A stretch of 64,000 bases of DNA from Octopus vulgaris (GCA_951406725.2 OX597833.1:60450001-60514000), one strand, 5' to 3'. Shown: positions 1 through 12,920, counted from the stretch's first letter. Numbers and translations: made by a program. Notes: generated by a model from the letters alone, not told the origin.

Positions 1-79
1 GCTTACAAAGAATAAGTCCTGAGGTTGATTTGTCCAACTAATGGTAGTGCTCCAGCATGGCCAAATAAAAGAATATATA

Positions 80-565
80 GGTGATGGTGTGGCAAGAAGT
101 TTGCTTCACAACCATGCGCTTCTGGGTTCAGTCTCACTGTGCGGCACCTTGGGCATGTGTTTTCTATTCTAGTCCTGGGCCAACCAAAACCTTGTGGGTG
201 GATTTGGTAAACGAAAACTGAAAGAAGCTTGTCGTGTATGTGAGCGCGCGTGTGTATGTGAGCGACCATGTGTATGTGAGCGTGCGTGTGGATGTGAGCA
301 TGTGTGCGTATGTGTGCATCTGAGTGTCTCCTTGTCCTAGCATCACATGACAGTTGCAAAAATGACTGTCACTACCATACAAGTAGTGTCATTCTCGTCC
401 AATATTCCACAAAAACATGTCCGGCCATGGGGTAAATTACCTAGCTTAGGAACAGATGAGGGTCAGTAACGGGAAGGGCATCCAGTCATAGAAAACCTGC
501 CTCAATAAACTTTTGTTTGACTTATGCAAGCATGGAAAAGTTAAAATGCTGGTGATGATGATGAT
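80..565 (+). mobile_element. tRNA-derived CORE-type SINE, family B head with RTE-type tail (B2)
   Basis: Head with ggttcagtc B-box and accttgggca CORE-like motif, TG-rich middle, tail gaagggcatccag...catggaaaag...(GAT)n. A B1 tail fragment occupies 1-70. Confidence 0.75.
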
Positions 566-759
566 CACACACACACATACACAGAGGTTATACAAAATAT
601 ATATAGATATGATTAGACATTATTCTGCAGTCTCATTATAGATGACTGACTTCAGTGTAATCTGGAACAAATCAATACACCTGACAGGGACATTTCCAAT
701 AGATCTGCTCTGATTGCATTCATTCACTGCTCATCATTCACTTCAACCGATGCAAATCA

Positions 760-935
760 CTTGACCTACTAGAAATAGTAGTCAAATCTCCTTCAAATAA
801 TGCCTACTGCCTGAAATGAAGGTCACACTGGATAATGAAGTTTCCCTTCATACAGGACAGGACGAAGACAGGATGGTCACAGTTGGAATGCCTCTGATCT
901 GTTTGATCAGGGTTGACCTTGGGCTAAACAGTAAC
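760..935 (+). mobile_element. Dispersed repeat family F (SINE/LINE 3' end with AAC-type tail)
   Basis: ctactagaaatag...gatcagggttgaccttgggctaaaca. Related copies at ~2850-3240, 6900-7055, 15260-15430, 40880-41103 and 41140-41255. Confidence 0.6.
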
Positions 936-1666
936 CACCACATCTGCTCTTTATTTTTCAACACACGTACACACACAGTGTACTGGTGTTTGGCACAACT
1001 CATAGCTACCTGCTCATGAATATGTGTGGTGATGGTGGTGGTGGTTTGGACACAAATGTGTGTGTGTGTGTGTGTGTAGTAATGCTGGTAGTTAAGATGT
1101 GTTATAGTACGTAGTGTAGCAGTGATACGTGTGTGCGTGAACAAAGCAAGCACAAAGTAGCAGAGCATGGTAATGATAACGTATCTGTTGAAGTGGTGTG
1201 GTGACAGCATAACGTAGAGGCGCAGGTGCTAGTTCATAGTTGCAACATGTCTATAAGTTGTGGTGGTCACCAGCATAGGATTCTGTGTGAGCACAGTGCA
1301 TGAGAAACTGAACAGGGTGATTAGATTAACAAGGTAAACTCATGTGTGTGTGTGTGTGTGTAGCGAGAGAGAGAGAGACATTCCAAATGTGACCATCTTG
1401 TTTGTACAAAGACATGCTCACCTACATTATTTAATGTCCTTTTTTTTTTTCTATTTAACCCTTTTCCTGTGGAAAATAGGGACATCTACTCAAAATTCCA
1501 TTACCCCCAACTGTGGAAAGTAATTTTATAGTTACATATATCAGTTTATCTCTCATGTTTGAAACCATTTTTTTGTTGAGATATGTCACGTTTACTAAGG
1601 CCACAGAATTTGTAGAAAACACCAATTCTATTTTTTGATAGAAATTTAACAAAAACACTATTTGAG

Positions 1667-1894
1667 CGTGGCCGTTGCCAGTACCGCCTGACTGGCCCTT
1701 GTGCCGGTGGCACGTAAAAGCACCCACTACACTCTTGGAGTGGTTGGCGTTAGGAAGGGCATCCAGCTGTAGAAACTCTGCCAGATCAAGATTGGAGCCT
1801 GGTGCAGGCATCTGGTTTCGCCAGTCCTCAGTCAAATCGTCCAACCCATGCTAGCATGGAAAGCGGACGTTAAACGATGACGATGATGATGATG
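1667..1894 (+). mobile_element. RTE LINE 3' UTR fragment (family C)
   Basis: gccggtggcacgtaaaagcacc...ggcgttaggaagggcatccagctgtag...cccatgctagcatggaaagcggacgttaaac(GAT)n. The same sequence follows RTE ORF ends at 29502 and 46117. Confidence 0.8.
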
Positions 1895-2901
1895 GAATAA
1901 TGATGAAATTTAATTTCACAGCAGAGGGATTAACAATATATTATGATATTTTGAGTAAGTCTAGTAACCATACAGAGACTCCTTAGTTTGGTTCCAGTGT
2001 GTGTGTGTGTGTGTGTGTTTTGGAGTTGATTAAAGTGAAATAAGTGAGTTTTGTGGTTTGCCTAAGGAAAAAAACCCCAAAAAAAACCAATACTACATCA
2101 GGGGAAGGTTTTGAACTCACAACTCTTCAACTCACTCATCCAACACTTCAACCACTGACCCTCTTAACCAACAAATAACTACTTTGGTATTATTCTCCAC
2201 TTCTCTGCCAGACATCCACCCACTTGCTTTCCAGCACCAATTGGAGTTTCACCAATTATCTCTCAAAGAATACATTCAGTCGAGTTACTTCCTGCTGGGA
2301 GTTCTTCCATTGGCACCACTTGTAGAAGAGTTTACCATGAACAGGTGGGTGTTGTGGTGTTGTGGCTGGCAGATCTCTTCTTAGCATTGGTAAATTGTAG
2401 GAAGGAATTTTTGTTTTGTCTTGTTTTGTTTTGTTTGTCTTTCTTATTTGAACATTGCATGTCTTGAGCGAGTGTCGGGTTCCAGCTCTGAGGTTTTGGT
2501 GAGAGTTATCAGTAGAGTTGTAAATTCCACTGACGTAGGACAGCATGGCCCAGGGCTGAATCAGTAAGATGAGAAAGATGGTATATAGCGTGGTGGGGTG
2601 GGGGCGTGGGGGGGGGGACACACAACATGATGTCAATCAGCACCATTCATTCAACTTTTGGTGAACATTTTTTTTGTTCTTCCTTATCTTCCCTTCATAT
2701 GTCTGTACACTGGAAGACTTGTCTAAGAGAAGGTGTGGGAGGAGGAGAAGACTAACTCACCACTTCCCATCATTCCTCTCAATCCCCTCGTTGGTAATTT
2801 ATTTTATCAACTTCCAAACTATCAATGGAACCTTTATGTGGTAACTCAATCCATTAGAAATAGCAGCCAAATTTCTATCAAATAACACCTTACAGCCTTA
2901 A

Positions 2902-3122
2902 CCCTTTAGCATTTAAACCGGTCATATCCGGCCAAAAGTATTCTGCCTGTTTTATGTTCAAACTGGCTAGATCTGGTCTCTCACACCAACCCTACAATGT
3001 CATTTTAAAAATTAACAGCTACCTCATCAAAATCTCATAGCTACAAGATAATGCATGATTCGTTCAAGGCAATGAGGATAAAAAAGCATTAATTTTGGCA
3101 GAATAATGCAAACACTAAAGGG
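2902..3122. mobile_element. piggyBac-type MITE family P1 (intact)
   Basis: TTAA|CCCTTTAG...CTAAAGGG|TTAA: TTAA TSD with CCC/GGG inverted termini. Inserted into a family F repeat. Confidence 0.85.
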
Positions 3123-4009
3123 TTAAACATGAAAGTACCAATCAACTATTGCAGGTGTAGATATTCTGGAGAAAATGTCATGGTTGGATTACTATTGATG
3201 TGATTCAATTATAGTTGACCTTGGGTTAAACAACAACAATAACTTGATGAACAAATTACTGAATCAGCCCTTGTGTAGCATTTAAAACCAGAGAGGAAAA
3301 GCCCCCAGGAATTGTTTGAAATTTGGCGGTACCAAACACAGAATTAGTGATGGAAACAAATAACCCACAGATTCTTCTTAACCTAGCTTCCTCAGTACCA
3401 CTGTACCAATCCCAGTTCTCAAACAACTCATGATTATGTTTGGCTTTATAAACCTAGCTGACCCATCCCTACAATAAACACACGAACCTTATACAAAGAA
3501 TACAAGAAAAACAGTGCTTAAAATATTTCTATTTCAAAGACCATTTTTTAAAGAGAGACCGACAGACAGACATTGTTCCTGGAATATTAAATATGGCAAA
3601 GATTCAGTAAATCTGGAATTAGTTTATTAAACTAAAGAACTCTCACTAATTAGCTAATTAATGTTTTATTATAATAAAGTTATAAAAATAAATAACATGA
3701 CCAGGATATTAATGTAAAAGTCATCGTCAATTAAGATGTTAGCTTTATCTTATTCTCTCTCTGTTTTAACTTTATCCTGCTCTCTTTGTCTGATGGTCTC
3801 TCTCTCATTCTCTCTCTCTCTCTCTGAGATGGTAGTTTATTGTCTCTGTCTTTTAGTTGTAACTCTCTCTCTCTCTCTCTCTCAGTCAACTAAGATGAAC
3901 ATTGACTGATAATACTGGTGATGATGATGATTCATTTTTTCAACAATTTCTTCGTGTTGTGTTTGTATGTGCAATTTACAAATTCTGTGTGTGTGTGTGT
4001 GTGTGTGTG

Positions 4010-4600
4010 TTAACTGTGTAAGTGGTGTGTATGTGTGTGTGAATTGTGTTAATGGTGTGTGTGTGTGTGTGAACTGTGTTAGTGGTATGTGTGTGTGAAC
4101 TGTGTTAGTGGTGTGTGTGTGTGTGTGTGAACCGTGTTAGTAGTGTGTGTGTGTGTGAACTGTGTTAGTGGTGTGTGTGTGAACTGTGTTAATGGTGTGT
4201 GTATGTGAACCGTGTTAGTAGTGTGTGTGTGTGTGAACCGTGTTAGTAGTGTGTGTGTGTGTGTGTGAATCGTGTTAGTAGTGTGTGTGTATGTCAACCG
4301 TGTTAGTGGTGTGTGTGTGTGAACCGTGTTAGTGGTGTGTGTGTGTGTGTGAACTGTGTTAGTGGTATGTGTGTGTGTCAACTGTTAGTGGTGTGTGTGT
4401 GTGAACTGTGTTAGTAGTGTGTGTGTGTGAACTGTGTTAGTGTGTGTGTGTGTGTGTCAACCGTGTTAGTGGTATGTGTGTGTGTGTCAACTGTTAGTGG
4501 TGTGTATGTGTGTGTGTGAACTGTGCTAGTGGTATGTGTGCGTGTGTGTCAACTGTGTTAGTTGTGTGTGTGTGAACTGTGTAAGTGGTGTGTGTGTGTA
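4010..4600. repeat. Minisatellite, unit ~ (GT)nGAACYGTGTTAGTG, ~22-28 bp
   Basis: More than 20 visible tandem units with variable GT length. Confidence 0.95.
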
Positions 4601-4949
4601 TATACTATGTAGGTTGTGTGTGTATGCATGCAATTTATTTATCCTGTGTGCATGTGTGTGCTTTATAATTCAGTTATGTGTTATAGTGTGTGTGTGTAAA
4701 TCATTCCACCACCACCACTCAAGTGGATCACCAAGTCAGGAAGTACAACAACAAACCTTTATGTCAGAGAGAAGGTGGAGGGAGGGGGTGCTCAAACTGA
4801 CAGAACTCTTTAGAAGCCTACTACCAACAACAGGAGTTGAGGAGGGAGAGGTGGTAGTAGTGGTAAAAATAGCATTGACTGGTCATTCTGTTGGTAATGG
4901 AATCACCATAACCTGCACGTGACCAATGAAAGTACAATACTGGGATTAT

Positions 4950-5208
4950 TGACCTACCTTTACTGGGGAAGGTATCTACCTAACAAGACCTTTACTAAGG
5001 AAGGTGGCAGCCTGGCAAGACCTTTGACACATTTATACCAGGGAAGTTGACAGCCTGACAATAGCTTTGACCCGCCTTTGCTCAGGAAGTCTAGCAAGAC
5101 CATTGACTCAACTTCACTAGAGGAGAGATGTCCGCCTAGCAAGACCATTGACCCACCTTTACTAGGAAAGGTGTCAGCCTAGTAGGGTTGTTGACCAACC
5201 TTTGCGAG
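4950..5208. repeat. Degenerate ~35-45 bp tandem repeat (~6 units)
   Basis: Recurring ttgaccnacctttactaggaaggtgtcagcctagcaagacc. Confidence 0.7.
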
Positions 5209-5274
5209 GAGAGATGATTCAAGAAATACTTTCAAGCATTCATTCTAAAAAGTCCAATTCTATACCACTGTATA

Positions 5275-5690
5275 TATTTCTTTGCTACCCACAAGGGGCT
5301 AAACACAGAGGGGACAAACAAGGACAGACAAACAGATTAAGTCAATTATATCGACCCCAGTGCGTAACTGGTACTTATTTAATCAACCCCAAAAGGATGA
5401 AAGGCAAAGTCGACCGCGGCGGAATTCGAACTCAGAATGTAACGGCAGACGAAATACCTATTTCTTTACTACCCACAAGGGGCTAAACACAGAGGGGACA
5501 AACAAGGACAGACAAACAGATAAAGTCGATTACATCGACCCCAGTGCGTAACTGGTACTTAATTTATTGACCCCGAAAGGATGAAAGGCAAAGTCGACCT
5601 CGGTGGAATTTGAACTCAGGACGTAAAGACAGATGAAATACGGCTACGCATTTCGCCTGGCATGCTAACGTTTCTGCCAGCTCTCCGCCT
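5275..5690 (-). mobile_element. SINE family A, head-to-tail dimer
   Basis: A full monomer (ggcgga gagctggcagaaacgttagca...gagttcaaattcc) followed by a 5'-truncated monomer. Core gcctttcatcctttcggggtc..aagtaccag resembles the MetaSINE-type central domain. Confidence 0.85.
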
Positions 5691-5841
5691 TTTAATGTAC
5701 CCTACTGTGTATGTCACCATCATACCACTCACACAGTTGTATGCCTTCTTGTGAAACATTTGCACCAAACAATCTTATGGTAATGTAATGTTTGTAGCCA
5801 CTTCAAATGGTTGTTCTGTTCGCAATGACATTACTATTTTT

Positions 5842-6255
5842 GGATCTGTTCGGTTTGACCGGCAGATTTTTAAAATAATTTCCATGTAACTAAACACTTT
5901 TAAACTTCGTATACTGGTAGAATGTGTTTATAAAACATCTTTTTCTCTTGGCTTTATTGAGAAAATTCTATAGTTTGTAAGATATTTGTTGTTGTTTTTT
6001 TCTTCAATTTCCACAATTTCAACCAATCAACGACATCTATTGAGGTGAAAACATTATGTGCCATTTGAGTATGTCCCTCATTTAAGAAACAGATTGGGTT
6101 TATTTACATTTCTGAAAAAAAAAAAAGATACCCTTCCCACACCCCTAACCCTAACACAGATTGAAATGCAATAGATCGATACTAGGGTCATAATTATGGG
6201 TGACAATTTCATATGACACCGCTAGAAAAAACTGCCGTTCAAACCGAAAAGATTC
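5842..6255. mobile_element. MITE with ~29-bp TIRs and 8-bp TSD (Merlin-like or unclassified)
   Basis: TIR ggatctgttcggtttgaccggcagatttt / aaaactgccgttcaaaccgaaaagattc. Flanking direct repeat CTATTTTT at 5834-5841 and 6256-6263. Internal accctaaccctaac. Confidence 0.75.
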
Positions 6256-6581
6256 CTATTTTTTTACCCCAGGATAACACCTTCTCTAGCTGGTTAACGA
6301 CACAACCAGTATCCAATATATTGCGAGCAGAGAAGCAAACCCTTACCGTCTAGCAATTTGACAGGACCAGTAGACCAGCTTGGAGAAGGTATTCTCTCGG
6401 AGTTAAAAAATAGTAGTAATGTCACTCCGGACAGAACAGCCATGCTGAAGTGGCAACAAACAACACTTTCCAGCAAAGTTGCTACTTGTATCTTTTATAG
6501 AAATTTTAGAACTACCTACTTTGCTTGTTGCAAATTCTTATGGCAGTTACATCCAAATTTTAAGGAGTCCAGTTTATTTAA

Positions 6582-6795
6582 CCCTTTCGTTACTGTATTT
6601 ATTTTGAGATGCTCTATGCTTCTTTCAATTACTTTAAATATAACAAAGAATTTAGTAAAATAACTTAGTTACCATTCAGCTAGTGTTAGGAACATAAATT
6701 GTGACTAAGGTTTGGTGGAAGATTTTAATTCAAAACTTATGAAAATAAGACACTTGTACTCAGAGCCAGTTTCAGCCAGGCTGGTAACGAAAGGG
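6582..6795. mobile_element. piggyBac-type MITE family P2
   Basis: TTAA|CCCTTTCGTTAC...GTAACGAAAGGG|CTAA. Partial copies at 29028-29188, ~42130-42320 and 63875-64000. Confidence 0.8.
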
Positions 6796-7068
6796 CTAAT
6801 ATAAAAATTGGCATTGACAGTTCAAACTCTGTACTAGTCAATTATCAATCATGAAATTCAGGAAATATAAGAGACAAGTCAACCTCTTTATGAACAACTG
6901 ACCTTGTTAAATTCACAGCCAAATCACTCTCAAATCTCCATACTATTTTAGAACACATTAGATAATGTAGTCATAGATACACTATGACTGAATAAAAGAA
7001 AGGACTGTAACAACCAGAAGAACACCTGCTAGATCAGAGCTGACCCAAAGCTAAAAATGTTTACTTAC

Positions 7069-7215
7069 CTTGTAAACACATCAAATTCAAAAACAGAAAT
7101 GTAGTCATTACACGTTAAGTCTATGGTAGATTTTAGCGCCATTGCTTCCAGTGGAGAACCGATGGAGTGGGTTTCATGCAGCGTTACTCGAAATAATTTC
7201 CATGGAATAATGGTT
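7069..7215 (-). CDS. CBL: Internal exon of Cbl-family E3 ubiquitin ligase (TKB domain, EF-hand subdomain)
   Basis: Minus strand reads ttttttttcaacttgcAG|A ACC ATT...TTT ACA AG|GTAAGT. Translation [49 protein letters not shown] closely matches human [52 protein letters not shown] (from memory). 147 nt, phase 2-2; read-through hits TAA immediately. Confidence 0.96.
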
Positions 7216-7688
7216 CTGCAAGTTGAAAAAAAAATTAATTATAAGACACTAATTAAATTGATGAACAGGAATATATAAAAGTAGTCTATAACAGAAAAAA
7301 AATCATTATCATCATCACTGAATGTCTGTTTTCCATGCTGGCATGGGTTGGATGGTTTGACAGGAGCTGACCATGGCTACAATTGTCCCTTTTGGCATGG
7401 TCTCTACAGCTAATACCTTTTTTTAATGCTTAACCACCTTACAGAGTGTACTAGTTGCTTTTTATGTGGCACTAGTACAGGTGCTTTTACGAAAAGCAAA
7501 ACAATATCAAAAACAAAAATCACAGCTGTTAAAAAAAATGGAAAAAGAAAGCAAAAGAGAATGTATGCATAGGGGTTTCTTTGCTTAATTAATGACAGCA
7601 CAAACCACATTATCAATGAAGAGATAAACCTAAAACAAGAGACCTTCCATTCTCTGAAACAAATGAATTTCAACATGTCTGTCTATAG

Positions 7689-7907
7689 CAGTGCTTTTCA
7701 AACTTTTTACTGGAGCGGAACCCCAAGGAAACATTCCACTGGCTCGAGGAACCCCTGTGCAATAATTTAATAGTTTTATGCACACATATCTGCACAGGAG
7801 AATTAGAAATTACTGCCGATTTTAGCAGTTTTGTAACTTCTTGCGGAACCCCTGGACTGTACTGGCGGAACCCTAAGGTTCCGCGGAACACTGGTTGAAA
7901 ACCACTG
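7689..7907. mobile_element. hAT (Charlie/Buster-type) MITE
   Basis: TIRs CAGTGCTTTTCAA / TTGAAAACCACTG. Perfect 8-bp TSD GTCTATAG at 7681-7688 and 7908-7915. Confidence 0.92.
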
Positions 7908-8233
7908 GTCTATAGATTTCCACCAATGTACATCAGCACCAGTTTATCCCAGTTCCAGACTTTACCATTTCTCTCTCTGTCTGTCTGTGTGTGTGAGTGA
8001 TTGAACAGGTAAAGTTGAAAGATTGATAGTGGAGTTTAAACAAGAGAAGTTTCAGAAAATCATTCATAATTAAATACTGTACTCATTCTCTCATACCAAC
8101 ACGATAGAATGATTGGTAGGATACTGGCAAAAATTTAAAAAAGAAGAAAAAAAAAGGAAAAACTCAGATCTTTCTGATATTCTGCATACCACTGCCCCAT
8201 GTAATTGCATGAATCCAGTCTCATGCCCTTTAA

Positions 8234-8874
8234 CCTTTTAGCATCTAAACCAGTCATATCTGGTTCAAATATTCTACCTCCTTTATGTTCAAAGTGACCA
8301 GATCCAGCCCTCACATCCACCTAACAATATCACTCTAAAAAAAAAATAAACAATAGGCGCAGGAGCGGCTGTGTGGTAAGTAGCTTGCCTACCAACCACA
8401 TGGTTCTGGGTTCAGTCCCACTGTGTGGCATCTTGGGCAAGTGTCTTCTGCTATAGCCTCGGGCCGACCAATGCCTTGTGAGTGGATTTGGTAGACAGAA
8501 ACTGAAAGAAGCCTGTCGTATATATGTATATATATGTATGTATGTGTATGTCTGTGTGTCTGTGTTTGTCCCTCTAGCATTGCTTGACAACCGATGCTGG
8601 TGTGTTTACGTCCCCGTCACTTAGTGGTTCGGCAAAAGGGACCGATAGAATAAGTACTGGGCTTACAAAGAATAAGTCCCGGGGTCGATTTGCTCGACTA
8701 AAGGCGGTGCTCCAGCATGGCCGCAGTCAAATGACTGAAACAAGTAAAAGAGTAAGAGTAAAAAGAGTAATCACATCACCGAAATTTTGAAGCTAAGAGA
8801 TAATGCATGATTAATTCAAAACAATGTGAATAAATACATATTACATTTGATGGAGTAATCTGAACATTGAAGGG
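8234..8874. mobile_element. piggyBac-type MITE P1 interrupted by a SINE
   Basis: Halves 8234-8354 and 8769-8874 match 2902-3122. Confidence 0.75.
8355..8768 (+). mobile_element. tRNA-derived CORE-type SINE family B1 (full length)
   Basis: ggcgcaggagcggctgtgtggtaag A-box region, ggttcagtccc B-box, CORE-like tcttgggcaagt, internal (TA/TG)n, tail gactgaaacaagt(aaaagagt)n. Confidence 0.9.
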
Positions 8875-9184
8875 TTGAAGGGTCAATGTCATACAAGGTC
8901 CGTAGGCTATTGTGTTGATGGGACACCAGTAACTATACCATTGATTATACATTATATTGGCTTAATAATGGGTAACCTGTTTTAACTGCAATATAACCAA
9001 TATACAGAGCTTTCAGGAACCAGCCAGACGCACAGACATCACACCACTTTGTCAAGATACATTTGTGTTTGAGACACAAGCATATCAATTTCAACATCAA
9101 GAGGAAAATTGGGGAATAATGCCAACAAATACACCCAATATTCAAGATCCAGCAACTTTAACTGTTTTTTTTAAATATTTTTCA

Positions 9185-9710
9185 TCTTTTACTTGTTTCA
9201 GTCATTAGATTTCGGCCATGCTGGAGCAATGCCTTGAAGAACTTTAATGGAATGAAGTGACCCCAGGACTTATGTTTTTAAAGCCCGATATTTATCCTGT
9301 CCCTTTTACCAAACTACTAAGTTACAGGGATGTAAACAAAACATCAGCTGTCAAGAGGTGGGGAGAGACAAACACACACATTTATATATACATACATACA
9401 TATATATATATTTTTTTTCTAGTTTCAGCTCAGAGCTGCGGCCATGTATATATATATATATACACACGCACACACACACATATACACACACACACATATA
9501 TATATACGCACAAACACACACACACACATATATATATACACACAAACACACACACATATAAATGACTAGTTTCTTTCGGTTTCTGTCTTCCAAATTCACC
9601 AACAAGGTTTTGGCTGGCCTGAGGCTATAGTAAAAGATTGGCCCATGGTTTCACACAGTAGGATTGAACCCAGAGCCTTGTGGTTGGGGAGCAAACTTAC
9701 TACAAAACCA
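9185..9710 (-). mobile_element. SINE family B1 (diverged, expanded microsatellite)
   Basis: Reverse-complement match to 8355-8768 at both ends. Confidence 0.8.
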
Positions 9711-11341
9711 CATCAATATTAAAAGAAAAAAAAAGTTTAGAGTAACTCTCCTTCCCCTTCGAAATTTAATAGTCCATACTGCTCTCCTTGCTCTTCCTTA
9801 CATCTATTCCAAAACAAAGGTCAAGTGCTCGAACACTTTCTCTCCGTGTTCCTCACCCACAAGATGAAGGACAAGCGCACTGAAATGTTAAATTCTTCCA
9901 TGGCAATTAAACGTATCCCACTCATATTACTCCAGTTTACATGGCTGAACAGAATAAACAAGGCAGCACCACTCCCTACTTCACAGTTCAATGGTTATCA
10001 GAGTCCATCCAACTAGAAAAATAATTACTCAAACACACAGACATTAGGTAACATGGCAACATCCATGTAATGAAAAAAAAAAATAATAAAAAACAGTCAA
10101 TAATAATAACAATAGAACCGAAATTGTTTTATTTTATGTTGTATTCTGACTGGCTTGTTGTTGTAATCGGTCTTTGGTTTTGTAGCAACAACAATGAAAA
10201 TATATCTAACACACACACACAGACATACGCACACAACTGCTTTCTAATCTGGCTGGCTGTATGAAATCTTTAAATATAGATGTAAAATCATACACCCACG
10301 CCAGTGGGAAACCCTGAAAGTAAAACTGAAGCTAAAGTAAGAGCAAAGTGGCACCCTGTCACCCTTGTTATAAACACCCAATGATGAACAAAAAGGTCAA
10401 TCACAGCTAACCCTACCTTTTCACTTTCAACTTAACCACCAGACGCATCACAACATACCACCCATCAATACCATTGTATCTTATAAATTAACTATAAACA
10501 TAACAAGCAGCAATTTAAGATCTTATTGTCAATTATATTAGCGAGTACCTGCTACTCCTTCTACTCAAACTAATTAATTTAAATCTATTTTTCGGTTACT
10601 TTCACAGTAAGAGATGTTCTTAGAGTGAATTGGTAAAAATATGACCCAGCAACTGATGGATTTGCAATTTTAGTTCAGGTCAATGGGTTGCTGTGACTTC
10701 TCTCTCTCAATTTGGTATTTATAATATTCTAACACCAACACCATTGTAGTTTTGTTTTCTAAGAGAGTCTTTGTAACGCTGTTGAACTGAAAAACTCAGT
10801 GAAATCTGAGAAACAGCAAACAAGTAGAATGTAGCAGTATATAGGAAGGCAGAGCCTTTTAACCGATCCTCTTGGAATACATATGCTGGCATCAAATCAA
10901 CAGCATCCTGTTTTGATTTCTGAGTGAAGTGTTTGGAAGAGCTCGTGAAGAGAAACCAGGATGCGATTGGTTGAGATGAAGTGTGTGGATGCACAACAAT
11001 GCAGGAGGTATTAGTCGTAGCAGTAGTAGTGTATTAGCAACAGTGATGGTTGAAGTGTGTGTAACTTTGTGAGTAGACACAGCTGGGTGCTCAGAGAACA
11101 ATCAGTAACCTAGCAATTAAGATAGAGGAAGTGTGAACCAGAGAACTTGTCAGGTGTGTTCATAAATGTAAAATGGTTACACGGATAACGTAAATTATCA
11201 ACTCTAGAGACAGGAGTTCAAATCCATAGAAAAAAGTTTATAAAGTCTGAAAATATCAGTGTTATAGAATATTGTTCATATCTATCAAGCTATACAATGA
11301 TATATGTCATTGTATACTGTGAATATGTGTGTGTGTGTGTA

Positions 11342-12110
11342 CAGGGTATGGTGAATAAACTATCATCTAAATTACACAAAAATGAAAATAACACTGACAT
11401 CTCATTTTAACAGATATATTTACTAAAATTACATGTAAATATCTTGAAATACTAAAGAGTAAATTTATTCAATAAAATCACCATTGGCTTCAACCACAGC
11501 CTCCAAACGACCTCGGAATCTCTTTAAATTGGTGAATGCTACCATAATCCTTGCCTTTAGTTCATCTTTGGTGTTACAAGGAGTTTTGTTAGTCTCTTGC
11601 TCAACTGCACCCCACACATAATAATCAAGGGAGATGCAGTCTGGGGAGTTAGTTAACCAGATGTTAGGGGTGATGTGGTCACAGAAATTGTCTGACAGCC
11701 AGGACTGGGTTCTCCTGCTTGTGTGGCATGGTGCAGAGTCCTGTTGCCAGACAGTGCCTTCCAGCAACCACCCTCTTGACCTAGGGCAGCACTACCTCTT
11801 CCAGGCACTTGATGTAGGCTTCTGTGTTGAGTCTGAGGCCATGTGGGATGATGAATGTAGGAATAATGTCACCATCACTAGTGATCACTCCTAACACCAT
11901 AATGTTGACTGAATGTTGGATTTTTATCACTCGGTACAGGTTTTGGGGACAAGGCAAGCCAATGGTTATTCTGTGTGTTCACCATCTGATCCTGGCAGAA
12001 ATTTTTCTCATCCGAGAAAAAGTAAAGCATGTTCGGTTGGAGGGGATGCTTGAGGTTGTTCAAAAGCTTCGTAGTCTGATCTTTACTCTTGTCCTTGATG
12101 GCTTATAGTA
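11342..12110 (-). mobile_element. Tc1/mariner maT (DD37D) transposase relic
   Basis: Frameshifted ORFs contain FFSDEKNF and WQQDSAPCH...NSPDCISLDYYVW, with 37 residues between the 2nd and 3rd Asp. Terminus TA|CAGGGT at 11340-11347. Confidence 0.9.
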
Positions 12111-12384
12111 GTTGTAGGAAAAGCCGAGATGCACATATCTGGGGTGATCCACGTCATTTGTTTGGACTCTTATCCAACTCCTAATATCGAATCAGCTTTT
12201 CAGCATTTGTTTGGAATTAAATTTTTTGCAAAGTTCCATCTCTGCGGAGTTTCCCCATCAAATTCAAATAGATAACTAGAAGAAGCACTGCTACAAAAAT
12301 ATATCAGTAACAGTTGCAGACTGCAGTACAAGTCATAGCCTCGATGGGACTGATGTATGGAATAATACAAGATTAATCAATTCC

Positions 12385-12920
12385 ATGTATTTGCCAGAGA
12401 CAAGTACTACTGATGCCTTCTTTCTAGTAATTGCTCAAGTATTTAGTTGAAAGCCATTATACTTGGTATTTGTTGACCTAGAAAAAGCCTCCAGCAGGGT
12501 CCCTTGCTTCCTGATCTAGTGATTATTGCAAAAGCTAGAAGTAGATGAATGGCTGGTGAGAGCTATCCAAGCCATGTTCTGGAGAGCAGTCGGTAAGGTG
12601 AGAGTTAGCAATGATTATATAGTAATGACTTTAGTGTACAGACTGAAGTTCAAATGGGTTCACCTCTTGCTCTCCTCCTATTTATCATTGTCCTCCATGG
12701 GAATACTTCTGTGCTGGTGATCTCATTCTTATAGCTGAATCCATGGCGAAATTGGGGAAGTAATTCCAGGTGTGGAAGCAAAACCTGGAATCCATGGGTT
12801 TTTCAATAAGTGAAGCATGAGTTTTGAATGTAAAGAACAGGTGAAAACTAGACATAAATGAGGTTAGAATGCTCCGCTACAAGTGCAACAACAGTGTAGA
12901 TGTACAACAACAAAGTGTAG
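12385..12920 (+). mobile_element. Degraded RTE-clade reverse transcriptase fragment
   Basis: Broken frames give STTDAF, LVFVDLEKA..RVP and LQKLEVDEWLVRAIQAM...KVRV. Confidence 0.75.

Noticed and set aside
2256-2636. ORF containing IQPWAML, similar to the next Cbl exon (LFQPW)
   Set aside because: No following NWNxLAVTHPGY/YDEVK and no suitable acceptor.
4010-4600. Regular repeat that could be mistaken for a CRISPR array
   Set aside because: The spacers are only (GT)n, the context is eukaryotic, and there are no cas genes.
6141-6155. Telomeric CCCTAA repeats
   Set aside because: Only two units, internal to a MITE.
9790-9970. Minus-strand LFSHV and FGID|gtaag reminiscent of the preceding Cbl exon
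   Set aside because: The motifs are in different frames, the donor phase is wrong, and there is no further similarity.
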